A stretch of DNA of 64,000 nucleotides from Glaucostegus cemiculus (Eukaryota): positions 24,056,001 to 24,120,000 of the forward strand of contig CDPCPM010000114.1 in assembly GCA_976551045.1 (NCBI GenBank), given 5' to 3'. Numbering within the stretch: the stretch's first letter is position 1; every line of letters starts with the position of its first letter. The notes under the pieces were generated by a model, which did not search any database, was not told the origin of the DNA, and worked only from the letters and a program-made list of their open reading frames with translations. The translations under genes and the position numbers were made by a program. Positions 63,124 through 64,000 of the stretch are shown one piece after another.

Positions 63124-64000
63124 AAGAGGAAACATCCTCTCCATATTCACCCCGTCAAAACCCCTCAGGATCTTACATATTGCAATCAAGTCTCCTCTCA
63201 CTATTCTAAACTCCAGGTGATACAAGCCTAGCCTGTCCAACCTTTCCTCACGACACAACCCATCCACTACAGTTATGAGCTGGTTAAGTTGGAATAATGT
63301 GTGTAGTTTCTGTTACCTCTCATGGGAAAGACACTGGAGCTGTCGATCAGATCTGCAACAAATCACCAAAGTTATGCAAGGAATGAGGTAGAATGTTTGA
63401 AAGAAAGGTTGAAACAAAAGACGGGCGAGGAGCAATCTGGCCCAGTATTCAAACTATGAAAGGTGTTTAGTGGGTTAACAGAAGAAGCTGGGAACAAGGT
63501 CAACTGACTGAGGACTACACTGGAAGAACAAATAGGGAAATTGGAACAAATATTTTGCACGCCAGGAGTTATTACAACAAGGAATGCTTTGCCACAAGAG
63601 ACCATTGAGACAAAGATTAGAACTAACAGAATTTAAAAGGAAATTAGATGAGTTTTAGGTAAGGAAAATTGAAAAAGGAAATGTAATTAGAGTGGATTGA
63701 GTTTAATGGTCAGCAGGGACACATGCTCTGCACAGGCATTGTTTCAATGATCCATACAGCCAATATTCTGAATGTGTACTAGCTGCAGGGAGCCTTGCCC
63801 TCCAGTCACACAAACTGGCAAACTTGGACAAGCTTCCTGTCCATTTCCAACTAGTCAGTAAATAAAATGGGAAGCCAAGGATGTCCCAAGGTCCATACTG
63901 AAGGCTTCCTCTTCCAGTATCAGTCTGGTTCTCACCATCAAACAGAAGCTTCTGTATTCAAGTCCCACTCAAACAGTAAGGCCAGCAGCCCCCTGCAGGA

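Larger units (their letters stand above)
62450..63270 (-). mobile_element. CR1 3' fragment with nested MITE-like repeat (62560-62713) and V-SINE (62795-63123)
   Basis: EERLDRLGLY.LEFRIVRGDLI..KILRGFDGV at 63124-63267; tail pieces are collinear around the inserts. Confidence 0.75.

Noticed and set aside
1-64000. CRISPR array, operon or other prokaryotic system
   Set aside because: No regularly spaced repeats or dense ORFs; the sequence is spliced vertebrate DNA dominated by retroelements.

Overview
Vertebrate genomic DNA, almost certainly from a cartilaginous fish (shark or ray), judged from the repeat content: HE1-type V-SINEs, Deu-domain SINEs, CR1, Rex1/Babar, L2, L1/Tx1 and Penelope-derived relics. 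The only host gene I can support is TSC22D1 on the + strand. Its short-isoform coding exons are 38511-38635, 39307-39358 and 43586-43834 (141 aa, TSC box plus leucine zipper), followed by a ~1.4 kb 3'UTR ending near AATAAA 45241. Positions 1-38 kb are probably the long-isoform intron, with that isoform's first exon outside the window. Most other ORF-track hits are decayed retroelements or chance ORFs. The most unusual signals are: (i) a dispersed, often inverted-arm repeat family whose copies reconstruct to a minimal hammerhead-ribozyme core (CTGATGA-stem II-GAAACGTC); (ii) a motif-dense CpG-island promoter in TSC22D1 intron 2 that appears to point antisense; (iii) a clean solo LTR with a 5-bp TSD and a CTCF-like motif; (iv) several local templated duplications and inversions. 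Everything was read by eye: repeat family names come from recalled consensus features and element boundaries are approximate.
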